Source of the DNA: an uncultured delta proteobacterium
GTDB lineage: Bacteria > Desulfobacterota > Syntrophia > Syntrophales > UBA2192
Direction: 5' to 3'
Assembly: GCA_963705165.1 (NCBI GenBank)
Contig: CAVPJD010000023.1
Location: 1-37,925, forward strand
Length of the DNA stretch: 37,925 bases
Shown: piece after piece, positions 1 through 9,211 of the stretch
Position numbering within the stretch: position 1 is the stretch's first letter
Layout of the letters: each line of letters opens with the position of its first letter
Program-made: the position numbers and the translations under genes
Notes under the pieces: model-generated
Seen by the model: only the letters and a program-made list of their open reading frames with translations
Database searches by the model: none
What the model was told of the DNA's origin: nothing

Positions 1-18
1 AAAAGGTGCCGCGGAGCG

Positions 19-69
19 GCAGTGAAAGAAGTGGGGGAAGTGACAGAAGTGAAGGAAGTGGAATAAGTT
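19..69. repeat. 9-bp tandem repeat arm (GAAGTGnnn) x5-6
   Basis: gcagtgaaa gaagtgggg gaagtgaca gaagtgaag gaagtggaa taagtt. Confidence 0.7.
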
Positions 70-73
70 CTAT

Positions 74-157
74 GTCATTGCGAGGAGGCTCTCCGGGCCG
101 ACGCGGCAATCCCTCTGAAAGACGAGATTGCTTCGTCACTTCGTTCCTCGCAATGAC
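74..157. repeat. REP-like palindromic element GTCATTGCGAG...CTCGCAATGAC, copy 1
   Basis: Terminal inverted repeats plus internal GCAATC/GATTGC stem; 79/84 identical to the copy at 36899. Confidence 0.9.
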
Positions 158-163
158 TTCCTG

Positions 164-226
164 GACGGGATAGACCGGACAGACCGGACAGACCGGATAG
201 ACTGGATAGACCAGATAGACCAGATG
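164..226. repeat. 9-bp tandem repeat arm (GACCGGATA-like) x7
   Basis: gacgggata gaccggaca gaccggaca gaccggata gactggata gaccagata gaccagatg. Confidence 0.9.
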
Positions 227-230
227 CCGG

Positions 231-1325
231 CTAGCGTCCGCCTGTTGCCTGGTATCGGTTCTCCGGGGACGCATGATGGGCCCGTCGTTCCCGGAAGACC
301 CCGGCGATGCGGGTCCCGCAGCGCGGGCACTGGGTCTCGCGCAAGTCGTTACGCTCGAGCCAGAATCCCCGGCGGCGGATGACGGCGCTCCGGCACCCGG
401 GGCAGAGGGTCTCGGCAGGCTCCCCGACCACGTTGCCGAGATAGATATAGCGCAGCCCCGCCTTCTTTCCGATTGCCCAGGCTTTGCGCAGGACTTCGAG
501 CGGGGTGGCACCAACGTCCTGCATCCGGTAATCGGGGTGGAACCGGCTCACGTGCCAGGGGATGTCCGTGTCCACTTCGGCGATGAAACGGGCAATATTG
601 CCGATTTCCTCCTCACTGTCATTGGCACCGGGAACGACCAGGGTCGTGATCTCGATCCAGATGCCCAGTTTCTTCATAAAGCGGATGGATTCGAGGACAG
701 GCTCCAACCGGCCACGGCACGTCTTGCGGTAGAATTCATCGCGAAAGGATTTGAGATCGACATTGGCTGCATCCAGGTAGGGGGCAATGATCTCCAGGGC
801 CTCCGTCGTCATGAATCCGTTGGTGACAAAGACATTCGCAAGCCCGGCGTGTCTTGCCAGCCGCGAGATGTCATAGGCATATTCGAAAAAGATGGTCGGT
901 TCCGTGTAGGTATAGGAAATGCTCCGGCAGCCATTCTCGAGAGCGGCTTCCACGACCTCTTCCGGCCGCATCCGGTAGCCCTCGACGGACCCGCCGTCGC
1001 GCCTGGAGGCCTGGGAGATTTGCCAGTTCTGGCAGAAAGAGCACTTGAAATTGCACCCCATCGTTGCCACGGAGAAAGAGGTGGTCCCCGGCAGGAAGTG
1101 ATACAGGGGCTTTTTCTCGATGGGGTCCACGTGGGCGGCGATGAGATCACCGTAAGCGTGGGTGTATAATCTCCCCTGACGGTTTTCACGCATGCCGCAG
1201 ATGCCGAACCCGCCCTCCGCGATCCGGCAGTGATGATTGCAGAGGTAGCACTCGACGTTTCCTTCTCCCCGGGTACGCCAGAGCATGGCCTCCTTCAACG
1301 AAGATGACCGGTTGCGACTTAGCAT
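231..1325 (-). CDS. amrS: AmmeMemoRadiSam system radical SAM enzyme (paralog without export leader)
   Basis: N-terminal CxxCxxxC, DPIEKKPLYHF, radical SAM CNFKCSFCQNW, YTYTEP, C-terminal CPxC pairs; GGGAGAG RBS. Confidence 0.9.
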   Translation of the reverse strand: MLSRNRSSSLKEAMLWRTRGEGNVECYLCNHHCRIAEGGFGICGMRENRQGRLYTHAYGDLIAAHVDPIEKKPLYHFLPGTTSFSVATMGCNFKCSFCQNWQISQASRRDGGSVEGYRMRPEEVVEAALENGCRSISYTYTEPTIFFEYAYDISRLARHAGLANVFVTNGFMTTEALEIIAPYLDAANVDLKSFRDEFYRKTCRGRLEPVLESIRFMKKLGIWIEITTLVVPGANDSEEEIGNIARFIAEVDTDIPWHVSRFHPDYRMQDVGATPLEVLRKAWAIGKKAGLRYIYLGNVVGEPAETLCPGCRSAVIRRRGFWLERNDLRETQCPRCGTRIAGVFRERRAHHASPENRYQATGGR

Positions 1326-1350
1326 CGTTTTATCTCTCCCGTCTAAAAGA

Positions 1351-1478
1351 AGCCTACAGCCTGCAGCCTACAGTCTACAGCCTAATAAAGAAATGGTAGT
1401 CAGGATCTGTTGGCTGTTGGCTGTTGGCTGTTGGCTGTTGGCTGTTGGCTGTTGGCTGTTGGCTGTCGGCTGTTGGCT
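1351..1478. repeat. Inverted heptamer cassette family A: (CAGCCTA)n-spacer-(CTGTTGG)10
   Basis: Left arm 1351-1384, spacer ...taaagaaatggtagtcaggat, right arm 1407-1476. Confidence 0.95.
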
Positions 1479-1516
1479 AGGTTCTGTTGGCAGGGTGACT
1501 GCTATGGGTTCCCGGC

Positions 1517-2497
1517 TCACGCCGACGCAGAACAGCCGTAGGGCGTCGACGCCGCCGCATTTCCCCCGCGGCCACGCGAGCGCACAGGGGCCTGCTCTTG
1601 GGCGGGCATGACAACGAGATTCCCGAGGAGAGCTTGCTCTCCCTTGTATACCACGGGCCGCAGCGACGCGCGGACCCACCTGACACGCCCGTCGCGCGTC
1701 ACGATGCGGAAATCACAAGTCGAGGGGGCGGTCCTCTTCAGATAGTCGATGTTGTGTTGCCTGACTCTCAGCCTGTCGGCGGGGTGAACGATCTGCATCG
1801 GGTCGACGGCCGCTATTTCACGACGGCCGTAACCGCTGCTCTGCTCGAACCGGGAGTTGACAAACAGCATCTCCCCTTTCCGGAATACGTAAACGCATGC
1901 GCCCGGCCGGGCACCGGCACTCCGGTCCGGAAGCGGTCGGTCAGCCAGGGGCCTCAGCGTCCCGCGGACTCCCGAGATTTCCCCCGATCGGATGACAGGG
2001 TACAGGTCCATTTGCACCGGCATCCATTCACCGCCGGCTGTCCGAAGACGGACCCGCAGGTCATGGGCCTCTTCGCCCCTCAGGACCTGAATGAACCCGT
2101 CGATGACGGCAGCAACATCCTTTTCCCTGAGGAAGCGGCTGAAAAGGGCTCCGATCATGGTCTCGCGATTGAATCCCGTCAGCGTCGCTGCCCCCGACGG
2201 CACGTCAATCAGGCGCCCCTGCAGGTCGAAACGGCACTCGAGGTCCGTTTTGCCCCCCCTTGCGCCTTTCCGTTCCTGCATCGGTTGGGTTCCTTCGTCC
2301 CCGGCGTTCAGCTCCGCATTCATCCGGAACAGGGGAACGACATAGCGCCCCCAAAGCCCGAAGAGCATAGCCAGAACGAGACCCACTGTCGTCAGAAAAG
2401 GGCTTTCCTCGTTATCCACGACGGCGGATTCGATCCAGCCATCGATCTTTTTTACGGCACCCAGAATGATCAGCGTGAGGGTATTGAGCAATAACAT
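1517..2497 (-). CDS. Membrane-anchored tandem PAS domain protein without recognisable output domain
   Basis: Hydrophobic N-terminal segments, two PAS/PAC-like domains (IVHPADR...DFRIVTRDGRVRWVR). Confidence 0.7.
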   Translation of the reverse strand: MLLLNTLTLIILGAVKKIDGWIESAVVDNEESPFLTTVGLVLAMLFGLWGRYVVPLFRMNAELNAGDEGTQPMQERKGARGGKTDLECRFDLQGRLIDVPSGAATLTGFNRETMIGALFSRFLREKDVAAVIDGFIQVLRGEEAHDLRVRLRTAGGEWMPVQMDLYPVIRSGEISGVRGTLRPLADRPLPDRSAGARPGACVYVFRKGEMLFVNSRFEQSSGYGRREIAAVDPMQIVHPADRLRVRQHNIDYLKRTAPSTCDFRIVTRDGRVRWVRASLRPVVYKGEQALLGNLVVMPAQEQAPVRSRGRGGNAAASTPYGCSASA

Positions 2498-2538
2498 GAG
2501 TTTTTCCGGATGAATCGTCGGTTACATTCGCTCGTTGA

Positions 2539-2733
2539 TCATGAACGTTCGGGGGGTTTGCCCTCGAAGTATCTCTTGACGGAATTGACGATGGTGTATT
2601 CCAGATCGCCTTTCGACATCCCCGTATCGTTCTGAAAATATCGCCGCATGGTTTCTACGATGTTCGACTCCATGGTTGGATGCTTTTCGTCCCTGATCTC
2701 TCGTTCCGCACCGGTTGCCGTCAGTGGTTTCAT
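2539..2733 (-). CDS. Small hypothetical protein (64 aa)
   Basis: ATG with GGAAGGAG RBS directly downstream of a sigma54 promoter. Confidence 0.6.
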   Translation of the reverse strand: MKPLTATGAEREIRDEKHPTMESNIVETMRRYFQNDTGMSKGDLEYTIVNSVKRYFEGKPPERS

Positions 2734-2765
2734 GATTTTGCTCCTTCCATCCATCATGTTTAGTT

Positions 2766-2781
2766 AGCAAGCAGGATGCCA
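2766..2781 (-). promoter_or_regulatory. Sigma54 (-24/-12) promoter
   Basis: Minus strand TGGCATCCTGCTTGCT = GG-N10-GC. Confidence 0.75.
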
Positions 2782-2959
2782 CGCGGGAAGAGAGGGGGGA
2801 GATTTTGTTAAGTGCGCTTCAGAAAAGATCAAATTGGCCGAACCGGCCGGAGCCGGCGGAAAGAAGGGAGCATCGTATGTCACACATTGGTTAAGACCGG
2901 AGAGGGGCCCTCTGCCGGTTGTGGTGCCAACTCGCCGAAATGAATTGATAAATGACAAA

Positions 2960-2975
2960 GTGACCTTTTTGTCGC
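2960..2975. promoter_or_regulatory. Putative enhancer-binding-protein site
   Basis: GTGACCTTTTTGTCGC, matches the palindromes at 15245 and 15334. Confidence 0.55.
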
Positions 2976-2985
2976 TTTCAGTGAC

Positions 2986-4353
2986 TTAAAGGTCGCCCAG
3001 GATCACTTTCCAGCGGGGGTTTCGCCGCATCTCCACGAGCTTCCTTTGGAGCTGCCTCACCGTGATCCCCAGGATCTGCGCAGCCTGCTTGCGGTCGCCG
3101 TGGGTGTGATTCAGCACGTAGAGGACATGGGTCTCGTAATTCTCCTTCAGACTGCAGAGACTGCGGGAAAACAGGGGCGGCGATGAGATCTCCTCGCCCA
3201 GGTGCCGGGGCATGACGGTCGTCGAGTCGGCCAGCAGGACGGCATTCTCGACGACCTGGGCGAGTTCACGGACGTTTCCGGGGTAATCGCGCCGCAGCAG
3301 GATGTCCATGGCCTCGGGGCTGAACCCGTGGACTTCTTTCCGGTATTTTTCCGTGGAAAGCTTCAGGAAGTGCGCCGCCAGCAACGGGATGTCGTCCTTG
3401 CGCTCCCGGAGGGCAGACAGGTGGATATGGGCCGATTTGAGCCGGTACATGAGATCCAGCCTGAACTTCCCCTCCTGGCAGGCCTTGTCCAGATCTTTGT
3501 TCGTCGCCGAGATGATCCGCACATCGACGCGGATGGGCTTCGTCTCGCCCAGGCGTGCGAAGGATTTTTCCTCCAAAACGCGAAGGAGTTTCGACTGCAT
3601 TTGATGGGGGAACTCCCCGATTTCATCAAGAAAGAGCGTGCCCCCGTCGGCCTGCTCGAAAAACCCCTCGTAATCCCGCAGGGCCCCGGTGAAAGCCCCC
3701 TTGACGTGACCGAAAAACTGACTTTCAAAAAGGGTCTCCGGGATCGAGGAGATGTTGACGGCCACGAAGGGACCGCCGGGCGATGGCCCCTCGCGGTGAA
3801 TCCCGCGGGCGAGAAGCTCCTTGCCGGTGCCCGACTCGCCGGTGATCAGGATGGGGTTTCCCCCCTTGGCCATGATCTGGGCATAGGACAGCAGCGAGCG
3901 GAACTGGGACGACTCGGTCACGATCTCGGAAAACCCGGCAGGCTGCCGTGCATCACGGGCCTGCCGCGCCATGTTCATGCCCGCAAGGAGACCTCTCCTT
4001 TCGAAGGCGCGCTCCAGGGTTCTCACGAGATGCTCGTTGTCGACGGGCTTCACGAGGTAATCATAGGCGCCCAGGCGAATGGCCTTCACGGCCTGCGACA
4101 GTACATCGACGGCCGTGATGATGATGAACTCCGTGTAGGGCCTGAAGGGCTTCGTCGCCTCGAGCACCTGGATCCCGTCCACTTCGGGCATGAGGAGATC
4201 CAGCAGCACGATGTCGTAATCCCCCGCCTTGATCCTGCGGATCGCTTCCTTGCCGCTGTCGCAGGTCTCCACGTCCTTGATGCCCTGCCAGCGCAGGAGC
4301 CGCTTCATGGACGACAGGGTCACGTCCTCGTCGTCGACTACAAGAATTTTCAT
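2986..4353 (-). CDS. Sigma54-dependent NtrC/Fis-family response regulator (REC-AAA+-HTH)
   Basis: ILVVDDE receiver, GESGTGKE Walker A, GAFTGA, LFLDEIG, C-terminal Fis-type HTH. Confidence 0.95.
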   Translation of the reverse strand: MKILVVDDEDVTLSSMKRLLRWQGIKDVETCDSGKEAIRRIKAGDYDIVLLDLLMPEVDGIQVLEATKPFRPYTEFIIITAVDVLSQAVKAIRLGAYDYLVKPVDNEHLVRTLERAFERRGLLAGMNMARQARDARQPAGFSEIVTESSQFRSLLSYAQIMAKGGNPILITGESGTGKELLARGIHREGPSPGGPFVAVNISSIPETLFESQFFGHVKGAFTGALRDYEGFFEQADGGTLFLDEIGEFPHQMQSKLLRVLEEKSFARLGETKPIRVDVRIISATNKDLDKACQEGKFRLDLMYRLKSAHIHLSALRERKDDIPLLAAHFLKLSTEKYRKEVHGFSPEAMDILLRRDYPGNVRELAQVVENAVLLADSTTVMPRHLGEEISSPPLFSRSLCSLKENYETHVLYVLNHTHGDRKQAAQILGITVRQLQRKLVEMRRNPRWKVILGDL

Positions 4354-4369
4354 CGTTCACCTTTAAAAA

Positions 4370-4413
4370 GTCTATCCCGTCTGTTCGGTCTATCTGGTCT
4401 GTCTGGTCTGTCC
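4370..4413. repeat. 9-bp tandem repeat arm (reverse complement of GACCGGATA family) x5
   Basis: gtctatccc gtctgttcg gtctatctg gtctgtctg gtctgtcc. Confidence 0.8.
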
Positions 4414-4419
4414 AAAAGG

Positions 4420-4598
4420 CGGGGTTCAGGGGCCAGGGTTCAGGGTCCAGGGAAGGAAGCAGATTTCGTTCATAAAACAATCTTTAGTACCTCCAGCCCT
4501 GTACCCTGTACCCTGTACCCTGTACCCTGTACCCTGTACCCTGTACCCTGTACCCTGTACCCTGTACCCTTTACCTTTTACCCGATACCCTATACCCC
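4420..4598. repeat. Inverted heptamer cassette family B: (CAGGGTY)5-spacer-(CCCTGTA)10 plus 4 degenerate units
   Basis: Left arm 4420-4454; perfect units 4497-4566 then degenerate units to about 4598. Confidence 0.95.
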
Positions 4599-4603
4599 CA
4601 TCT

Positions 4604-7600
4604 TCAAAATCTCTGCCTCGTGATCCCGTCAATGACCCCTTTGAGTTTCCTGATGTCCGGCGGGCCCTTGATGTAGATGTCCGGCTTCTCGCCGCCCGCC
4701 CCGGTGAAATCCTTCTCCACGCCCCCCCAGGCAACCGTCGTGAGCAGGGGAAATCTCTCCCGGAGGACCCGCAACAGCACAGCCGGATCCAGCCCGGACG
4801 GCGGTTCGGTCATCAGGACGATGTCGACCTCGGGGTGCTGCTCCAGGTATTCCGCCAGCCGCTCCACGGACGGCTCGTAGTGGTAGAACCAGTGCACGAA
4901 GCCGTCATCGATGCCGCTCACCTCCATCTGGAGCTCGTCAAGCCTGTCGAGGTCTCTCTCGAGGGGCAGGATGAGCGGCCTCAGGTTCAGCTGCCCCCCG
5001 GGCCTCACTGGGAGGAATACGGTAAACCGGCTCCCGATGCCCGGGCGCGAAAGGGCCCCGATCACGCCCTGGTGCTCCTGGATGAGGCCGTAGGAGACCG
5101 AAAGCCCCAGCCCCGTGCCGCCGGTGTCGCGGCGCGTCGTGAAGAAGGGCTCGAAGAGGCGGTCGATGACGGGCCGGGTCATGCCGCCTCCGTTGTCCTC
5201 GATCGTGACGACCGCGGAACCCAGCCTCTGGATGTAACGCGTGGAGATGCGAATCCACCCTTTTTCCTTGTCCGGGATGGCCTGGTGGGCATTCACGAGA
5301 ATATTGGCCATCACCTGCTCGAGCTTCTGGAAGTGCCCCTGCACCTGCGGCAGGTCGCCTCCGAGGTCGAGGTCCAGCTTGGAAACGGACCGGCGGATCT
5401 GGCCGCCCACGATCATCAGCGTTTTTTCGATGACGTCGTTCACGGAGACGGGCTTGGCCTGGGCACCCTCCTCGACCCGGGAGAAATCCTTCAGGTTCGA
5501 GACGACCCGGTTGATGCGGTCCGAACCGATGCGGAATGCATTGATGATCTCCGCCATGTCATTGCGCAGCTCTTCGTAGCTCACGTCGCGCCTTCCCCAG
5601 CCGGGATTGGCAGCGGCGTATTGGGCCACGACGGGTTCGCAGAGCTTCCAGATCTCTTCGAGCAGCGGGATGTTGTAGGCGATGAAGCTGTTGGGGTTGT
5701 TGATCTCGTGCACCACGCCCGCGACGATCTCGCCCAGGGAGGCCAGCTTGTGAGCCTGGATCACCTGCTGCAGCCGGGTATTGGACTCCTGGAGGATGCG
5801 CTTCTCCTCCGTGACGTCCTGCCACATCCCCACGATGCGGCCTATCGATCCCTCGGGGCCGTGGATGAGCCGGCAGAACTCGGAAAACCAGCGGTATGTT
5901 CCGTTTGCGGCGCGGAACCGGAACTCGCAGCCGCACATGCCTTTCGAGCCGATGCCCAGATGGCAGCTGCGGACGACGGAGCGGTCATCGGGATGGATGT
6001 GGTCCATCAGAAAACCCGGCTCCTTCAGAAACTCCTCGGGCCGGAACCCCGTGATCTCCTCCACGGTGCCCGTGATGTAGGTGATCTCAGCGTGCTCGTC
6101 CCCCTTTGCCGTGAAGGTGACGATCGGCAGGGACTCCAGGACGACGGAGAGGCGCTCGGAGGTCTGAACCAGCCTTGCCTCGGTGTGTTTTCTCGATATG
6201 GCCGCGCTCAGGGTGCTTGCCACCACGGTGAGGGCCTCCATCTCCACATCGGACCATTGCCTCTCGTTGACGCATTCATCGAACCCCATGAAACCCCACC
6301 AGAGGTCGCCGCGATAGATGGGCACGGCGGCAATGGAAAGGATGTCCTGGGATTCCAGGATTTTTCTTTCACCTTCTTCGGGAGCTTCCCGGACGAGACC
6401 GTGGAGATGGCGCCCTTTTCTCATGGTATCGACCCATCGCCCGAAGCCTTCCCGTTCCAGAGAGAAATCCTGCAAAGAGGGGTTATCGATCTCCGGTTTG
6501 ATGCCGTCCGCCACCCATTCGTAGCGCTGGCTCGAGAGAAGAGCTCCCTCTTCCGATATCCGGTTCTCGAAAATGTAGACTCTGCTCACGTGGGTGACCG
6601 TGCCGAGCCTCGCAATGATCTCGCGGATGTCCATCTCCCAGGAGGGGGCCTTCAGGAATCTCTCGGCGGCAAAGCTCGCCACCTCCAGGATGGCATCGCG
6701 GTAGCGCAGGGCCTCTTCGGCGCGCTTGCGCTCCGTGATGTCACGGATGGACTCGATGGCGCCAACGAGATTTCCCCGGGAGTCTCGGAGAGGCGCCGCC
6801 GTGCCGGCAAGATAGCTCTTTTCCTTGCGCTCGCCCAGCCTCGGCGAGTTGGTCTCGCCGAAGAGGATATCACCCCGTCTCTGGATTTTTGCATAGCGGA
6901 GGGCGATCTCTTCATCGGCCGAAAGAACCATGTCAACGAGCAGAGGCCGTCTTTCACCGTAGAATGGCAGGGCATACTCGTAATTGCCCTTGCCGAGCAT
7001 GTCCCTTGCCGGGATCCCGGTCATGGTCTCCATCGACCGGTTCCAGGCAATGACCTTCCCGTCGCAGTCGATGACGAAGGTGGCATCGGGCAGGAACTCG
7101 ATGATGTCGGAAAGGCGCCTCTCCGAGTCCCTCAGGGCCTTGTCGGCGCGGTTGCGGTCCTCGATCTCCAGGATCAAGGCCTGGTTGGCCACCATGAGCT
7201 CCGAGGTCCGCTTTAGGACGCGCTGCTCGAGCTCGTCCTGGTAGCGCTGCAGGGCTTCTTCACCTCGTTTGCGGTCGGTGATGTCCAGGGCGGTGAAGAC
7301 AACACCCGCGGACATGTCGGAGGGGTCGATGGCCTTCGAGCTGAGCAGGATGTCCAGGAAGGCACCGTCCTTTCGCTTCCACCGGGTCTCGATCACGCCG
7401 ATGCCGCCCTGCCGGACCTCGATGTACTTCTCGCGGCCCACGCGCTCGAATTCCTCGTCACTCTCGTAGAGGATGCGGGCGCTTCTCTCGGCCAGTTCCT
7501 CGATGGAATAGCCCAGCATGCGGGCCACCTGGTCGTTTGTCCAGCCGAGGATCCGGTTGTAGACGAGCCCGATCCCGACGGGGGCGGCCTGGAAGATGCT

Positions 7601-9211
7601 CTTCAGGAGAACCTCGCTCTGCCTCAGGGCCTCCTCCGAACGCCGCCTGTCCGTGATGTCCTGGGCATAGATGACCAGCCGGCTGACCCTGCCCCTGGAG
7701 TCGAAGATGGGGTAGAGGCTGTGTTCGAGCCAGCGCCCTTCCCGCTCATCGGTAAACCGGAGGGGATGCCCGCTTTGAATCACCTCGCCGAGCCTCGCTT
7801 TCCTGTGCTCCGCCAGATCCGCGGTCAGATACCCAAACACGGAAGTCCCGATGATGCCGTCAATCGGCCTGCCGAGCCTCCGGGCAAAAGTATCATTGAC
7901 CGCCAGCACCGTCCCCTTCGAGTCGATGAGCGCGAAGGATTCCGTGGCGGCGTTGAGCATGGCGCTTGCCGTCTCGAGGCTGTCGCGGAGGGCCTCCTCG
8001 GCCCGTTTGCGTTCCGTGACGTCGTTGTACACGACAAACGCCGCCTGTTGCCCTGCGTAATCGATCGAGTTTGCCGAGATGAGCACCCAGATGATCGCGC
8101 CCCCCCCGGTCTTCAGCGCGCACTCGTAGTCGGTGACCTTCCCCAATCTGGTCAGCTCTGCGATGAAACGGTCCCTGTCTTCCGGATGGAGCCAGTGCTG
8201 CCGTGCCTGCCAGCCGATGACCTTGTCCATGGGCACGTCAAAAAGGACGGAGGCCCGCTGGTTGCCAAACAGGACTTCTCCGGTAGACATGGAGGTGATG
8301 ACTACGGCAATCTCGGCGTTGTCGACCAGCAGTCGATAGCGTTTCTCGCTTTCCCTAAGCGCCTCCTCTGCCCGTTTGCGTTCGGTGATGTCTACGCCGG
8401 TTCCTATAATATATTCGATTTCACTCTGACCACGGGTGATCGCTGTATTGGACCATGAGATGAGGTGTCGCGTCCCATCTTTCGACACCCAATAGTTCTC
8501 ATGCTGATTTGGGAAATCCCCCGCACACAAAGCGGCCCATGTTTGACGTACACCTTGCAGATCCTCGGGTGGCACCAGAAGTTCCCAAACGATGCGGCCC
8601 ATGACCTCTATGGCTGAGTATCCTGTTGTTGCCTCACAGGCCCGGTTGAAGCGCGTAATTCTGCCCTCTCTGTCAAGCACGACCACCAGCGCACCGGCCG
8701 TATCCAGCACGGCTTTACTGAAATCGCGCTCTTTCCGCACCGCCTCCTCTGCCCGCACTCGCTCCGTGATGTCATGGACGATGGAATACAGGAGCTTCCT
8801 GCCCTCGATGGTGACGGGACCGCTGTCGACCTCGACGTCGCGGATCGTGCCGTCGGCAAGGCGGTGCCGGAAAAGGAAAACTCGCTGTTCTTCCTTCACG
8901 GCCCGATTCATTTTCAGGCGGACCTCCCCGGCGTCCAGGATGTTGATGTCGCTGATCCGGAGCGTTTTCAGCTTCCTCGCCGTGTACCCGTAGAATCGGA
9001 GGGCCGCCCGGTTGGCATCCACGATCCGTCCGTCTTCGGGATCGATGATCAGCATGACGGCGTGGTTGTTCCGGAAAAGGCTTTCGTACAGTTCCTCGCT
9101 ATCCCGGAGAAGCGCGTCGTCCATCTTGCGATTCGCCGCGCCACGCTTCGGGGCCGGGACTGTGGCCCTTTTCTTCGGTGCGGAAGGCTTTACTGGGCGC
9201 TTTGTCGGCAT
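4604..9211 (-). CDS. Multi-PAS/GAF sensor histidine kinase with C-terminal degenerate receiver-like domain
   Basis: Repeated DITERKRAEEALR linkers, H-box VVHEINNP, EDNGGG, FEPFFTT, GTGLGL. Confidence 0.95.
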   Translation of the reverse strand: MPTKRPVKPSAPKKRATVPAPKRGAANRKMDDALLRDSEELYESLFRNNHAVMLIIDPEDGRIVDANRAALRFYGYTARKLKTLRISDINILDAGEVRLKMNRAVKEEQRVFLFRHRLADGTIRDVEVDSGPVTIEGRKLLYSIVHDITERVRAEEAVRKERDFSKAVLDTAGALVVVLDREGRITRFNRACEATTGYSAIEVMGRIVWELLVPPEDLQGVRQTWAALCAGDFPNQHENYWVSKDGTRHLISWSNTAITRGQSEIEYIIGTGVDITERKRAEEALRESEKRYRLLVDNAEIAVVITSMSTGEVLFGNQRASVLFDVPMDKVIGWQARQHWLHPEDRDRFIAELTRLGKVTDYECALKTGGGAIIWVLISANSIDYAGQQAAFVVYNDVTERKRAEEALRDSLETASAMLNAATESFALIDSKGTVLAVNDTFARRLGRPIDGIIGTSVFGYLTADLAEHRKARLGEVIQSGHPLRFTDEREGRWLEHSLYPIFDSRGRVSRLVIYAQDITDRRRSEEALRQSEVLLKSIFQAAPVGIGLVYNRILGWTNDQVARMLGYSIEELAERSARILYESDEEFERVGREKYIEVRQGGIGVIETRWKRKDGAFLDILLSSKAIDPSDMSAGVVFTALDITDRKRGEEALQRYQDELEQRVLKRTSELMVANQALILEIEDRNRADKALRDSERRLSDIIEFLPDATFVIDCDGKVIAWNRSMETMTGIPARDMLGKGNYEYALPFYGERRPLLVDMVLSADEEIALRYAKIQRRGDILFGETNSPRLGERKEKSYLAGTAAPLRDSRGNLVGAIESIRDITERKRAEEALRYRDAILEVASFAAERFLKAPSWEMDIREIIARLGTVTHVSRVYIFENRISEEGALLSSQRYEWVADGIKPEIDNPSLQDFSLEREGFGRWVDTMRKGRHLHGLVREAPEEGERKILESQDILSIAAVPIYRGDLWWGFMGFDECVNERQWSDVEMEALTVVASTLSAAISRKHTEARLVQTSERLSVVLESLPIVTFTAKGDEHAEITYITGTVEEITGFRPEEFLKEPGFLMDHIHPDDRSVVRSCHLGIGSKGMCGCEFRFRAANGTYRWFSEFCRLIHGPEGSIGRIVGMWQDVTEEKRILQESNTRLQQVIQAHKLASLGEIVAGVVHEINNPNSFIAYNIPLLEEIWKLCEPVVAQYAAANPGWGRRDVSYEELRNDMAEIINAFRIGSDRINRVVSNLKDFSRVEEGAQAKPVSVNDVIEKTLMIVGGQIRRSVSKLDLDLGGDLPQVQGHFQKLEQVMANILVNAHQAIPDKEKGWIRISTRYIQRLGSAVVTIEDNGGGMTRPVIDRLFEPFFTTRRDTGGTGLGLSVSYGLIQEHQGVIGALSRPGIGSRFTVFLPVRPGGQLNLRPLILPLERDLDRLDELQMEVSGIDDGFVHWFYHYEPSVERLAEYLEQHPEVDIVLMTEPPSGLDPAVLLRVLRERFPLLTTVAWGGVEKDFTGAGGEKPDIYIKGPPDIRKLKGVIDGITRQRF

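Noticed and set aside
74..1325. Specific link between the REP+9-mer composite and amrS genes
   Set aside because: It lies 3' of both paralogs but in opposite relative orientation, and REP copies also follow unrelated genes; likely coincidence.
1285..1679. ORFs with LLAVGCW / QQPTANS repeats (also 10133-11929, 10135-10443) and YPVPCTL / GYRVQGT repeats (3202-4623, 4426-4734)
   Set aside because: Translations of non-coding heptamer arrays joined to antisense shadow frames of real genes.
4835..7216. Long + strand ORF (793 aa) and similar antisense ORFs (273-1169, 25765-26841, 29616-30992, 33076-34332)
   Set aside because: Shadow ORFs opposite well-supported genes in high-GC DNA; no motifs.
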